Positions 1 through 9,589 of a DNA stretch of 64,000 nucleotides are shown here, one piece after another. The notes under the pieces were generated by a model, which worked only from the letters and a program-made list of their open reading frames with translations, was not told the DNA's origin and made no database searches. Origin of the DNA: an uncultured virus (IMG/VR IMGVR_UViG_3300006735_000014) (Duplodnaviria > Heunggongvirae > Uroviricota > Caudoviricetes); the IMG/VR virus record IMGVR_UViG_3300006735_000014, one strand, 5' to 3'. The translations under genes and the position numbers were made by a program. Position 1 is the stretch's first letter, and every line of letters starts with the position of its first letter.

Positions 1-182
1 TCTTTAATTGCTTGGCCTGTATCTAGATCCTGATAGTTTTGTGTTACTGGTTCTGTTCTTCTTGCATTAATAGAAATATAACAACCGTTAACTTTTCGGC
101 TTTCTACATAACCAAGGCCTTTTCGTCGGTCAAGTTCATCTCGTACAAACTCTTGGGCAGCTGAATAAAATACTCCTGCCAT
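1..182 (-). CDS. 5' part of a gene running off the window start; probably a baseplate hub protein (by synteny only)
   Basis: Manual translation from ATG at 182 (MAGVFYSAAQEFVRDELDRRKG...) stays open to position 1; GGAG SD upstream; follows the LysM gene. Confidence 0.55.
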   Translation of the reverse strand, partial: MAGVFYSAAQEFVRDELDRRKGLGYVESRKVNGCYISINARRTEPVTQNYQDLDTGQAIK

Positions 183-183
183 G

Positions 184-489
184 TTATCTCTCCGATTGTT
201 TAATTTTTAATAACGAATGTAGTTCACGTCTTGAAGGAATACGCAATCTTATTCCTGCAGGGACCATTAATGTACCTTTACCTATATGATTTGCTTGTGC
301 TAATACCCACCACTGAGATGAATCTTCATAATATTCATATGCAAGATTATCTAACCTATCTCCTTCTCGTGCAATAATATAATAATCTTGATCAGTAGCC
401 GCAACCTTTGGTGGTAATGCGGACATATGAGTCTTACGCTTTTTCTTAGTATCTAACTTTTCATCAATAATGTATTTATATCTATTCAT
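184..489 (-). CDS. LysM-like baseplate protein (T4 gp53 / P2 gpX-like)
   Basis: REGDRLDNLAYEYYEDSSQWWVLAQAN...GIRLRIP matches the LysM/tail-X pattern; lies downstream of the tape measure gene; AGGAG SD. Confidence 0.8.
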   Translation of the reverse strand: MNRYKYIIDEKLDTKKKRKTHMSALPPKVAATDQDYYIIAREGDRLDNLAYEYYEDSSQWWVLAQANHIGKGTLMVPAGIRLRIPSRRELHSLLKIKQSER

Positions 490-499
490 AAATTATCTC

Positions 500-3400
500 C
501 TAATCAAATGGGTTCAAGAAATTAATAACTTTTTTACCTCCGGATTTTACACCATCATATGCTTTACTTGCCAATCCAGATATTTGTTTAGATGCTGCAT
601 TATCTCCTGATTGGTCACCTGGGATAAAGAAATCTAATAATCCATCTCCTGCATCAACTACTCCGCCTACTACATCTCCTGCTACATCATTAAACATGTT
701 ATATGGTTCATCTGCAATAGATGATACTCCTTCTGGCAATCCTTCAACTAAATCATCTACTGCATCAAACTGTGATGGTTGTTTTCCATCTGCTGCGCCC
801 TTAGCTACATTAGATCCTCTAAATTTTGCAATGTCATAGAATTTTGCACCGTCTTGAGGAATTTCAGAACCTATATATGCAAATTCTATAGTTACATTAC
901 AATATAATGGTAAACGTTTTCCAGCTGTTATTTCCCATGGTACTTCTGGATCTAAATCAATTCCTACACTTGTTATATAACATGGCATACCATTAAACAT
1001 ATCTCCTAATGTTAATTCAACAAATGTTCCAGTATATCCATTACCTACATATTTAGGAGCAGTAAATCCTGCTAATACATTTAACTTATCCCACATTGGA
1101 ACTAATTCACCTGCTGATGCGGCTGCAATTGTTAAATCTAAAGATACTGTTCTTGCAAATCCTGTATATATTATTTTTGGATCTGCTCTACCAATTTCTT
1201 TTTCTTGACTCCATTCTGGTGAAAATGAATCACTTATAGAATTAATTCCAGCTCTCCAATATAATGCATCTCCGCCTCCTTGTCGAGTAATAAAAAATGG
1301 AACCATATCTTCTTTACTTGGACTTCCTCCCACTCCTAATAAATTTAATTCATCTGGTTGGTTGGCTCCACCATATCCTAATTGGTCTCTACTACGAGTT
1401 GATATCTCATTTCTTATACCATTGCTAATAGCTCTTCTAAATTCTTGTATCTTCTTTGTTCCTGTTACAATACCTGATTGCTTTGCAGCTGCTCTTATTT
1501 CTGCATAGTTCATGTAATTGTATACTAATGGTGTACCAGCTGAAGTTTTTGGTTTTCCTCCTACTTGTCTAATATTACCTGTGTCGTCTGGTCTTGCTTT
1601 TTCATTTTGTAATGGATCTAATTTGGCTAATATTTCTTGATCAACTGTTGTAAGATCTTTTGTTGATTGTCCTGAAATTGATTGTTGACCAACTGATGGT
1701 GATGCTCCTACTTTTGGCGAAGAAGGACTATATAGTTGAGTAACTGGTATTTGATTATACATTGGTATTATGGTTGGATCATCTACACCATATACATATG
1801 CAAATACATTACCTAAATCATCTCCTGATTCTAATTGACCATATTTTTGTTTTAAACTAATATAATCATGTGGTCCACCATCATCAATTTGATCTCTTGT
1901 ATTACCTGTAAAGAATTTTAAATCTGGAGTAAAGTAATTAAATATTGCCTCTCCAACTTTAACTGCATTAAGTCCTGAAACATCTTTACTTGATATAAGT
2001 CTATTTGGTAAAGATTTATATCCAACTGGAGATCCTGGTTCAAATACTCTTTCTGCAGATTTTCTTATTTGCGGAGTATTCCTATTGGACGCGTCTCCTA
2101 ATGCAGGATCTATTAATTGATATAAATTAACTCTATCTTGTGTATCCCAATCATCACCAAATACTTGACCACCATTTAATACTCTTAATACATATCCAAA
2201 TGTATAAGATGTATTATTAAACAATGACGTACTAGGATTATTAGTTTGTATTCCTTGAGTACTTTCTCCTAGAAATGAATGTACATGTTCTGTAATCTTT
2301 TTTCCGTCTACTAATGTACGTATTAAATCATTTTCAGCATCTATAGATTGATATATATTATGTTTTGATCCTCCAACAGGTTTTCCTCTTGGACCGCTAT
2401 TTGAATTTGCTATATTATAATATCCTTCTGGATAATCAGCATCTCTATTTTGATATACATGATATTTATGAGCATGATCTAATAAATTTTTATCTTCTAT
2501 ATTAACAGCCCTTTGATGTGTTTCTTCTGATCCATCAAATGATGAACCAACGTATCTACCACCACCAGGATTATCATTAACACCTTCTTCTCTTGATTTG
2601 TTTTGAGCAGGAGTAAAACTTTCTAAGTATTTTGTTCCTATAGGAAATGATTGTACATCTGATTCAGGTGTTCCTTCTACTATATCTCTACCTTCTCCAA
2701 CCAATCCAGTTTGTGTATCTACTAATGGTCTTTCAATTATTTCTACTTCAGAATCTGATCCTACAAATCTACCACCAGCTGGTGACTCATTTTGTATATA
2801 AATTAATTCTGATGAAAACTTATCTGTTATATTTAATACACTATATCCTCCAGAATCTGCATCTCTATTAGGTATACTAGCTGAATTAGGAAATCCATCC
2901 TTTGATTTTGGTGTATAAGTCTTTTCAATTGAATTTCCAGGAGAACTTGTATCTCCTAACGTTCTCGCTGCTCCTGGTTGTTCTTCTGATTCATAAGGTG
3001 TTGTATTATTATAATGAATACCCCAATATGCATTTCCTAAATTATCTTTTAAACCTGTACCTGTTGTTACTGCCCTTCTAATAGAAGTATATCCTATTCC
3101 ATAAACTGATTTTGGTCCTCCTGGACCTGACAATGTACTTATTTCTGATCCATCAAATCCTGCTAATGCATTTTGTAATGGTTCAATAAAGTTAGAAAAT
3201 CCTTGAGCAATTGTTCCTAATAAATCGGTTGGAGATCCTTGGTCTTCTGATATCGGAGATCCATCGCCAAATAATTCAACCTTTAATCTTGCTAACCTAT
3301 TTGAAGTAACTTCATTGGCATCAGTTTGAAGCATTTGTTTTTGTATATCTTCATACTTACCTTGAGCTCCCATACCACCATGATTTGAACTATGTATTCC

Positions 3401-3898
3401 TTCTGGTGCTGAAATAATATTACTTGCAAATTTTACTGGATTATATATTTTGGTTGGACGTACTCCTATATTTGTTTCTACATTTGGATTTGATGCATGT
3501 AATCCTATTTGTCGAAGATTCCATATAATACCTTTAGGAGATATTAAAAATTTACCCATTCGTAATGCATCTTCAGCTAATCTTGCTGCAAATGCTTGTA
3601 ATCCTCCTCTTACCAATAAATTTTGTGGAGCCGTTCTTCCTCCAGGTCCATAAAATTGAGAATCACCATCTCTTCGTTGTATACCTCTTATAATAAATGG
3701 TTGGTCTGTAGCTCTACCAAAAGACATTCTATTAATATTTGGAGTATCATATATAAGAAATTTATTATATTGAGCTTGAATATTATCTTCTTGATATGAT
3801 GTGACTTTATTTTGAATAGATGTCTGTGATAATTGGCCTGGTGCTTCACCTCTTATTCCAGTCCATGTTAAATCAGATTTCATACTAATTAAACCCAT
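500..3898 (-). CDS. Large baseplate/tail-tube initiator-like protein (C-terminal tube-fold domain) with long variable central region
   Basis: C-terminal SISDSFSPEWSQEKEIGRADPKIIYTGFARTVSLDL...PEVPWEI resembles gp48/gp54/CIS tube-initiator domains; sits between TMP and LysM; TAATG overlap with the TMP stop. Confidence 0.6.
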   Translation of the reverse strand: MGLISMKSDLTWTGIRGEAPGQLSQTSIQNKVTSYQEDNIQAQYNKFLIYDTPNINRMSFGRATDQPFIIRGIQRRDGDSQFYGPGGRTAPQNLLVRGGLQAFAARLAEDALRMGKFLISPKGIIWNLRQIGLHASNPNVETNIGVRPTKIYNPVKFASNIISAPEGIHSSNHGGMGAQGKYEDIQKQMLQTDANEVTSNRLARLKVELFGDGSPISEDQGSPTDLLGTIAQGFSNFIEPLQNALAGFDGSEISTLSGPGGPKSVYGIGYTSIRRAVTTGTGLKDNLGNAYWGIHYNNTTPYESEEQPGAARTLGDTSSPGNSIEKTYTPKSKDGFPNSASIPNRDADSGGYSVLNITDKFSSELIYIQNESPAGGRFVGSDSEVEIIERPLVDTQTGLVGEGRDIVEGTPESDVQSFPIGTKYLESFTPAQNKSREEGVNDNPGGGRYVGSSFDGSEETHQRAVNIEDKNLLDHAHKYHVYQNRDADYPEGYYNIANSNSGPRGKPVGGSKHNIYQSIDAENDLIRTLVDGKKITEHVHSFLGESTQGIQTNNPSTSLFNNTSYTFGYVLRVLNGGQVFGDDWDTQDRVNLYQLIDPALGDASNRNTPQIRKSAERVFEPGSPVGYKSLPNRLISSKDVSGLNAVKVGEAIFNYFTPDLKFFTGNTRDQIDDGGPHDYISLKQKYGQLESGDDLGNVFAYVYGVDDPTIIPMYNQIPVTQLYSPSSPKVGASPSVGQQSISGQSTKDLTTVDQEILAKLDPLQNEKARPDDTGNIRQVGGKPKTSAGTPLVYNYMNYAEIRAAAKQSGIVTGTKKIQEFRRAISNGIRNEISTRSRDQLGYGGANQPDELNLLGVGGSPSKEDMVPFFITRQGGGDALYWRAGINSISDSFSPEWSQEKEIGRADPKIIYTGFARTVSLDLTIAAASAGELVPMWDKLNVLAGFTAPKYVGNGYTGTFVELTLGDMFNGMPCYITSVGIDLDPEVPWEITAGKRLPLYCNVTIEFAYIGSEIPQDGAKFYDIAKFRGSNVAKGAADGKQPSQFDAVDDLVEGLPEGVSSIADEPYNMFNDVAGDVVGGVVDAGDGLLDFFIPGDQSGDNAASKQISGLASKAYDGVKSGGKKVINFLNPFD

Positions 3899-6800
3899 TA
3901 GCTTTCCTCCCCTGCATTACCTGCTCCTATTTGATAGGACTTGTTAACATTCATCATTCCAGAAATTTCTTCAATTACTTTATTTCCAATTACAATTTGT
4001 ACTGGTCCTTGTGCACCACCACTTCCTCCTGTTCCTGCAATTGCAGTAATAACTGCATCTAATTTTGCTGCTAGTGCATCTAATTTTGTTGCATTAGTCT
4101 CATCAAATACTGGACTTCCTTCTTCAGACTCTCCATCTTCTCCTCCTCCAAACATACTACCTAATGCACCACCCATGGCTCCTAATCCACCCATTAACAT
4201 GCCCATTGGACTACTTCCTATCATTTGAATCTTTAATAATTTTCTTGCTGCATCTTTTTGGATATCTTTTAATTCTATTTCTTGAGGTCCTGAATCTGCC
4301 ATTGACATTGAACCTTCTGGTCCAAATGCCGCATCATTGGCTTTAAATAAATCTGTTCCTGCTACAATTGTATCTTTATTATTAAATGATATAGCTCCTT
4401 CAGGTCCAAACAATACTCTTGATCCATATCCACCTGAACCACCACTTGAGGGTCCAATTACACCATCACTCATCATTGCAGATGCACCAGCCATTAATGC
4501 AAATAATGCTGCTACTCCAATACCAACGGCTGCTAATATTGGTGCAATTCCAACACCAAATGATGCTGCAGATGATGTGGTCATTGCGGCAGTTGCTGCT
4601 GCAGCATGTGTAGTTGCTAATGCGGCAGTAGGTGCAATTGCAGCTGCCGATGCGGCTGCTCCTGCTCCAGTTGCTGCAGTAGTTGCAGTTGCGGCAGTCG
4701 CTGTCATTGTTTGCCATAACCATACCGCTCCTTTAGCAATTGCTAGTAATCCTTGTTGTACTGTTTCTTTTAATGTTAATAAGAATGCTGTTCGTTTCTC
4801 TGCATTAGTCATCATTTCCCAAGTCCATACAGCTCCTTTCTTAATTGCTAATGCTGCTTGATATCCTATTTCTTTTAATGTATGCATTAATCCTGTATTC
4901 TTACTTGCATTAATTTGGTTTTCAATTTGTGCCTCTGTTCCTTTTAGTCCTAACTTAGTTGCTAACATTCCTTGTTCTGTTGCTGATAATCCAATTCCCA
5001 ATTTTTGTTTCAATGTAATAAGTCCCATTTGGAAATTTTCTTTCATCTTAGCAAGCAATCCTTTATTCTTTAATGTAGTGGCCATAGTTTCATCAGAAAT
5101 ATAATCCTTACTATACATTGAAGCTATTTTTTGTTGAGCTACTGCTTGTTTATCAGTTATTAATCCCATCTTTTTTGCAAGGTTAGTTGCTGTAGAATAC
5201 ATTTGTTCTTTACTACTAAAAAATTGTCTAGTTTTCTGTATAGCTAAATTTGCTTTATCTCCTGCCCATATTAAAGCTTTTACTGCATATATTCCTCCAA
5301 TTATTCCTGCTATTACTTTTAATGCAGGAGATAAGAATTTAACTACTTTTGCAATTCCTTGAAATACTAATAATACTGGCTTTAATGCAAACATAAATCC
5401 ACTAAAGATTGCTCCTACTACATCTAATATTGGAGCTAATACATTTGTAAATATTTGTGTTATTGCTTTAATAACAGGATATAATGCTTTCATTAAAGTA
5501 TTTTTAATTTTATCAAATTGTGCACTCATTTCTTTTGCTGCCAAAGCTGCTTCTTGTTGTTTAACTAATTGCTCTCCAGTTAATGTACCACCTTCCAATG
5601 CTTTAGATGCATCATCATATCGTTTCTTTTGTTCTGCCGTAAGGCTATTCATTTGTTCTTGTTTTTGTAATGCATCCTGTAATTGGCCGACTTCCATTCC
5701 TGCTGCTTGAGCTAATTTCTTTCTTTGAAGAACATCTAGTTTATTAAAGTCATGAATTGAACCTACCTGGTCTAACACTGCTTTTGTAGCTCCTTCTATA
5801 TCACCTTGCAATGCTAATTGTCTTGCAAGATCCATATTTATTTGTTTTCCTAACATTACAGATGCTTCAAACTCAGCTTCAATTGATGATTCAATATCTA
5901 ATAAACCATCTGCAATATCAACCATATCACCTAATTCCATTCCTAACCTTGCTGCTTCAATTGCTGCTTTTGTTAAGGCTTTTGCATTACCACCCATATA
6001 TTTGGCAGCTCTTTTAGAATTTTGTGCAATATCTTTCATAACCTTTCCTGGAGCAACTCCGGCTGCTTCAGATAGATTAGCTGCTAATGCTTGTGTATTA
6101 AATGCCTCTTGTGATGTTTGCCCCATGGCTTCAAACTGACGCTGAACGGCTGCTGCATCACCTACTGCAATTCCAAATGCAGCTGACATATTAGCTACAT
6201 TCATTGCTGTTTCATTTGAAAAGTTAGCTGTACTTCCAAATTCTTCTTTCATGGCAGTCATTGCAGAAACAATTTCTTCTGTATTTGCTAGGTTATTAGC
6301 ACTCGACGCTTGCATTGCTCTAGCCGATTGTAACATTTTTTCAGCTTGGTTTGCTGATTGGCCTGTATTAGCTGCAAGTTCTTCTGTCTCTGCAGACATT
6401 TGTTTGAACAACATTAATGCACCTAAAAGAACTCCTGCTGCTGCTAATGGTAATAATGCAGACTTTAATGACATTCCAAATACTTTGGTAGATGCTGTTA
6501 AATCTTTAAATCGCTGTACACCGGCGGCTGCTCCTTCATTAAGTCCTGTTTGTAATGATAGATTTAATTGTTCACTTAATTTATCACCAAATAGATCTAA
6601 TCCTATTGCTTTTGATAAAAATTGACCACCAGGAAATGATTCTATTGTAGATTTCATTGCTTCAAATGGTCCTACTAATGCATCATGCATTGCCTGTCTT
6701 TGAGATATTTGATAATCTAATGCATTAGATTGCTCATCTAACATTCCTACTTTTGTACGAGCCTCATTAATTTCTTGCTGTGCCATAAGTAAACTTTTGC

Positions 6801-7455
6801 CAGTCAATTTATTTTTATTTGCTGCAAATTGAACTTCCATATCTGCTAATCGTTCTTTTGCATATGATGTATTTAATGATTCAGCTAGCGTTGTACTATT
6901 TTTTTGTGTATATTTATATAACTGTTGAGCTTCATCTGCAATATCTGCAGTTAGTTGAGCTGATTCTTCTAATATACTAGCTTCAATATTATAACTCTTA
7001 AGAAGTGTATTGGCAGCATCAGCTCTTTGACCAGTTAAATTGAGTTTAACATTTTCTATAGTAGAAATTCTTTCTTGAACTGATTTTTGTTTAATATAAT
7101 TCTGACCAGTTTGTTTTGCAAAGGCGGCAAATGCTTTTTGATTAGATGCTGCTAAGTTTCCTTTCTTTGCAACATTATCAAGAGATGTATCTAATCCATT
7201 GAATAAGCTATTTAATTGTTTTGATTTTTTTAGAAGATCATCTTCTTCTTTACCTATCTTTTTTATTCCAGTTTGTGTAATTCCTAATAACTTATTTAAA
7301 TCTGCCTGGACCTTATTCTTTTGTTGTGCTGTCTTTAAAAATTCTTTACTGCCTGTAGCACCTTGCTTGTCTAACTGTTTTAATCGTTTGACTAAGGATA
7401 GTTCTTCTTTGATTAAGTCGACTTTTAATTGCTGTTCTTTTGGTGTAAGGCTCAT
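3898..7455 (-). CDS. Tail tape measure protein
   Basis: 1185 aa, Ala/Gln/Lys-rich helical sequence with hydrophobic segments; downstream of tube and chaperone genes. Confidence 0.85.
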   Translation of the reverse strand: MSLTPKEQQLKVDLIKEELSLVKRLKQLDKQGATGSKEFLKTAQQKNKVQADLNKLLGITQTGIKKIGKEEDDLLKKSKQLNSLFNGLDTSLDNVAKKGNLAASNQKAFAAFAKQTGQNYIKQKSVQERISTIENVKLNLTGQRADAANTLLKSYNIEASILEESAQLTADIADEAQQLYKYTQKNSTTLAESLNTSYAKERLADMEVQFAANKNKLTGKSLLMAQQEINEARTKVGMLDEQSNALDYQISQRQAMHDALVGPFEAMKSTIESFPGGQFLSKAIGLDLFGDKLSEQLNLSLQTGLNEGAAAGVQRFKDLTASTKVFGMSLKSALLPLAAAGVLLGALMLFKQMSAETEELAANTGQSANQAEKMLQSARAMQASSANNLANTEEIVSAMTAMKEEFGSTANFSNETAMNVANMSAAFGIAVGDAAAVQRQFEAMGQTSQEAFNTQALAANLSEAAGVAPGKVMKDIAQNSKRAAKYMGGNAKALTKAAIEAARLGMELGDMVDIADGLLDIESSIEAEFEASVMLGKQINMDLARQLALQGDIEGATKAVLDQVGSIHDFNKLDVLQRKKLAQAAGMEVGQLQDALQKQEQMNSLTAEQKKRYDDASKALEGGTLTGEQLVKQQEAALAAKEMSAQFDKIKNTLMKALYPVIKAITQIFTNVLAPILDVVGAIFSGFMFALKPVLLVFQGIAKVVKFLSPALKVIAGIIGGIYAVKALIWAGDKANLAIQKTRQFFSSKEQMYSTATNLAKKMGLITDKQAVAQQKIASMYSKDYISDETMATTLKNKGLLAKMKENFQMGLITLKQKLGIGLSATEQGMLATKLGLKGTEAQIENQINASKNTGLMHTLKEIGYQAALAIKKGAVWTWEMMTNAEKRTAFLLTLKETVQQGLLAIAKGAVWLWQTMTATAATATTAATGAGAAASAAAIAPTAALATTHAAAATAAMTTSSAASFGVGIAPILAAVGIGVAALFALMAGASAMMSDGVIGPSSGGSGGYGSRVLFGPEGAISFNNKDTIVAGTDLFKANDAAFGPEGSMSMADSGPQEIELKDIQKDAARKLLKIQMIGSSPMGMLMGGLGAMGGALGSMFGGGEDGESEEGSPVFDETNATKLDALAAKLDAVITAIAGTGGSGGAQGPVQIVIGNKVIEEISGMMNVNKSYQIGAGNAGEES

Positions 7456-7469
7456 ACTTTAGAATCCTT

Positions 7470-7775
7470 TTATTTATGATCACGCCATTTGAATCCCAAA
7501 TCTTTAAGATGTTTATAAAGGTTTTTTTTGCTTTTAAACTTACCTTTTCCATCTGAATCTTGGGTCATTAATTCGGCGCTAATTTCTAATTCACGCTCGA
7601 AGTCATCTATTGAGCGATTTAGACGCTTAATCGCATCTCGCATTCCAGGATCTTTTTCAAAGTCTCTTAACTTCTTTTTAAGCCCTCTTTGCATGAACTT
7701 TTTAAATAAAGGTGATAATAACCCTTCTTTTAAAGCATTTTCTAGCGATTGTTCTAATTTATTTGATTTTGCCAT
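7470..7775 (-). CDS. Hypothetical protein (101 aa)
   Basis: Fills the gap between chaperone and TMP; has its own ATATTTATA motif upstream. Confidence 0.7.
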   Translation of the reverse strand: MAKSNKLEQSLENALKEGLLSPLFKKFMQRGLKKKLRDFEKDPGMRDAIKRLNRSIDDFERELEISAELMTQDSDGKGKFKSKKNLYKHLKDLGFKWRDHK

Positions 7776-7840
7776 AGTTCTCGTCCATTTATATTACTTT
7801 ATTATAAATATGGAACTATGTAATTTATGAGAATAGAATA

Positions 7841-8063
7841 CTACCTTCTTCTTCGGCTTTGTGACTTAGCTTTTTTATTAGCCTTTTCCATTTCTTTGTT
7901 CTTATCTTTATGAACTTGTTCAACTCGTTTAATATAGAATACACGTAACCAAACTGGCATTGCATATACATCAGACCAATTGAACCCACCTTTCCCCCAG
8001 TAGATAAGATCAAATATCTGTTGGTGCAGTACGGGCCTGTATTCAGGCCCCAGGCCAAAAAAA
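7841..8063 (-). CDS. Frameshift extension (gpT / gp51-like part) of the tail assembly chaperone
   Basis: +1-frame ORF GLGPEYRPVLHQQIFDLIYWGKGGFNWSDVYAMPVWLRVFYIK... overlaps the chaperone stop at a T7 run and has no convincing start or SD of its own. Confidence 0.7.
8033..8063 (-). promoter_or_regulatory. Putative programmed frameshift signal: U7 run, 6-nt spacer, 7-bp GC hairpin
   Basis: mRNA reads ACA UUUUUUU GGCCUG GGGCCUG-AAUA-CAGGCCC. Confidence 0.7.
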
Positions 8064-8939
8064 TGTGGTGTCAATGGGCAAGTCCATATAGAACTCCTCT
8101 CCCGTAGCGTTATCATCAAAAACTAAATTTAAATCTACATCTGGTTGTAGGTCTCTCATATGAGTTCTTAATGCTCTTGAATCCATTGCTAATAATTCGT
8201 TCTGAACAAATTTACGTATTTTCATTCTATCTTCTTCGCCATCTATAGATATAATAGAATACATTAATCTTGTTGATAATGTTGGATCAACACCTCTGTT
8301 CATTTTCTTTGCAGCTTTTATTTCAGCTTCAATATTAGGTTCATCACCATGGCATAAGAATTTAAATTCAACAACTCTTTTTGCTGCAGGTAATGTAAAT
8401 GAAAATCTATTAGATCCTTTAGAGAATAATGAAAAATCAACTTCCTTTTCTCGTAGTTCAGCTAAATCAATTGTTTCTTTTTGCTTGCCTCCTGAAGGTG
8501 TATTAACTTGGCATTCATAATCTTTACCATATCCTAATACTCTTGCTGCAATCATAATTGCATTTTTATCACCTAATAATAGTTCATTATATTTAACTTT
8601 CTGTCCTTCTCCGTTAGATATAATTAATGATTGAAATAATTTATCTAAAACAATTCCTTGTTTAATATATGATTGAGTAGTTAAAATATCTTCTTCTTTA
8701 GCAGTCATATATTTCATTTCTACTTTACCTGATTGTAATGCACTACCATCTGCATATAAGAATCCTCTTGATGGCAACTCTACAATTTCGGTCGGAAAGT
8801 CATGCGTTTTAGCAGTTTGTCCTGCATATGCATCCATTGCACGCATTTTCATTTCTTCATCAGATATCTTTTGGACATCCGCCATTTGTTGTGTAGTTGG
8901 TTTTTTACTCGGGTATTCTTCATTTACATTTTTAGCCAT
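8043..8939 (-). CDS. Tail assembly chaperone / baseplate hub assembly protein (T4 gp26-like)
   Basis: VELPSRGFLY...MKYMTAKEEDIL...LLLGDKNAIMIAARVLGYG...FFWP pattern; located between tube and TMP. Confidence 0.75.
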   Translation of the reverse strand: MAKNVNEEYPSKKPTTQQMADVQKISDEEMKMRAMDAYAGQTAKTHDFPTEIVELPSRGFLYADGSALQSGKVEMKYMTAKEEDILTTQSYIKQGIVLDKLFQSLIISNGEGQKVKYNELLLGDKNAIMIAARVLGYGKDYECQVNTPSGGKQKETIDLAELREKEVDFSLFSKGSNRFSFTLPAAKRVVEFKFLCHGDEPNIEAEIKAAKKMNRGVDPTLSTRLMYSIISIDGEEDRMKIRKFVQNELLAMDSRALRTHMRDLQPDVDLNLVFDDNATGEEFYMDLPIDTTFFWPGA

Positions 8940-8993
8940 AACTTGATCTTCCTTTTAATTTAATAACAATTTAATATAAATATGCTAATGCCC

Positions 8994-9024
8994 AAAAAAA
9001 ATCCCACCATAAGGTAGGATTTTT
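8994..9024 (-). terminator. Rho-independent terminator after the tail tube gene
   Basis: ATCCTACC-TTAT-GGTGGGAT stem followed by a T7 tract on the minus strand. Confidence 0.8.
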
Positions 9025-9045
9025 AATGATTATATATTTTACTGA

Positions 9046-9534
9046 TTAGAATTGAAGGATTGCATAATCATATTTAATTGTTAATTCAATATTAACAGCA
9101 TCTTCAGTAGCCCAATCCATATCACCAAAAGTGGCAGCGGAAATAAATGCTCCTTTAATAGTCCATTCTTCAACTTTATCACCTACTGGACCTAATGTAT
9201 TAAATACAATATCTTTCTTATAGAAATCAGAATATCCATCTCTTCCTGTTACTGATTCATGGTGTAATCTTACCCATTCCATAACAGCTTGCGCCCCTGA
9301 TGGTACAACTGGGTCATATAACGTTACCGTAATATCTTGCCATCTAGATTTTCCTTTTAACTTTCTTTCAACATTAATATGATCTAACACTAGTTCTCCT
9401 TGATCAATTGATGGTCTAGAAGCCGCTTTCACTATGTAAGCTGGAATACCTTCGATGTACATTATAAACCTATTGGCTACTTTAGGCTCATATGCGGTAT
9501 ACATTATTTCATTTGGACTTAGTAAATCTGCCAT
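9046..9534 (-). CDS. gp19: Tail tube protein (T4 gp19-like)
   Basis: 162 aa; EPKVANRFIMYI...KSRWQDITVTLYD...YKKDI...EEWTIKGAF; directly after the sheath gene. Confidence 0.9.
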   Translation of the reverse strand: MADLLSPNEIMYTAYEPKVANRFIMYIEGIPAYIVKAASRPSIDQGELVLDHINVERKLKGKSRWQDITVTLYDPVVPSGAQAVMEWVRLHHESVTGRDGYSDFYKKDIVFNTLGPVGDKVEEWTIKGAFISAATFGDMDWATEDAVNIELTIKYDYAILQF

Positions 9535-9589
9535 TTTATTATCTCCTCTTATTTAATATAAATATACTGTTATTATCTTTTTTCAACTA

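Noticed and set aside
4466..4723. Cys-rich 85-aa alternative-frame ORF inside the tape measure gene
   Set aside because: By-product of GCA/GCT-rich Ala codons read in another frame
7825..8058. 77-aa ORF in the -1 frame after the slippery site as an independent gene
   Set aside because: TTG start inside the T run, no SD, no recognisable family pattern; kept only as a possible minor frameshift product
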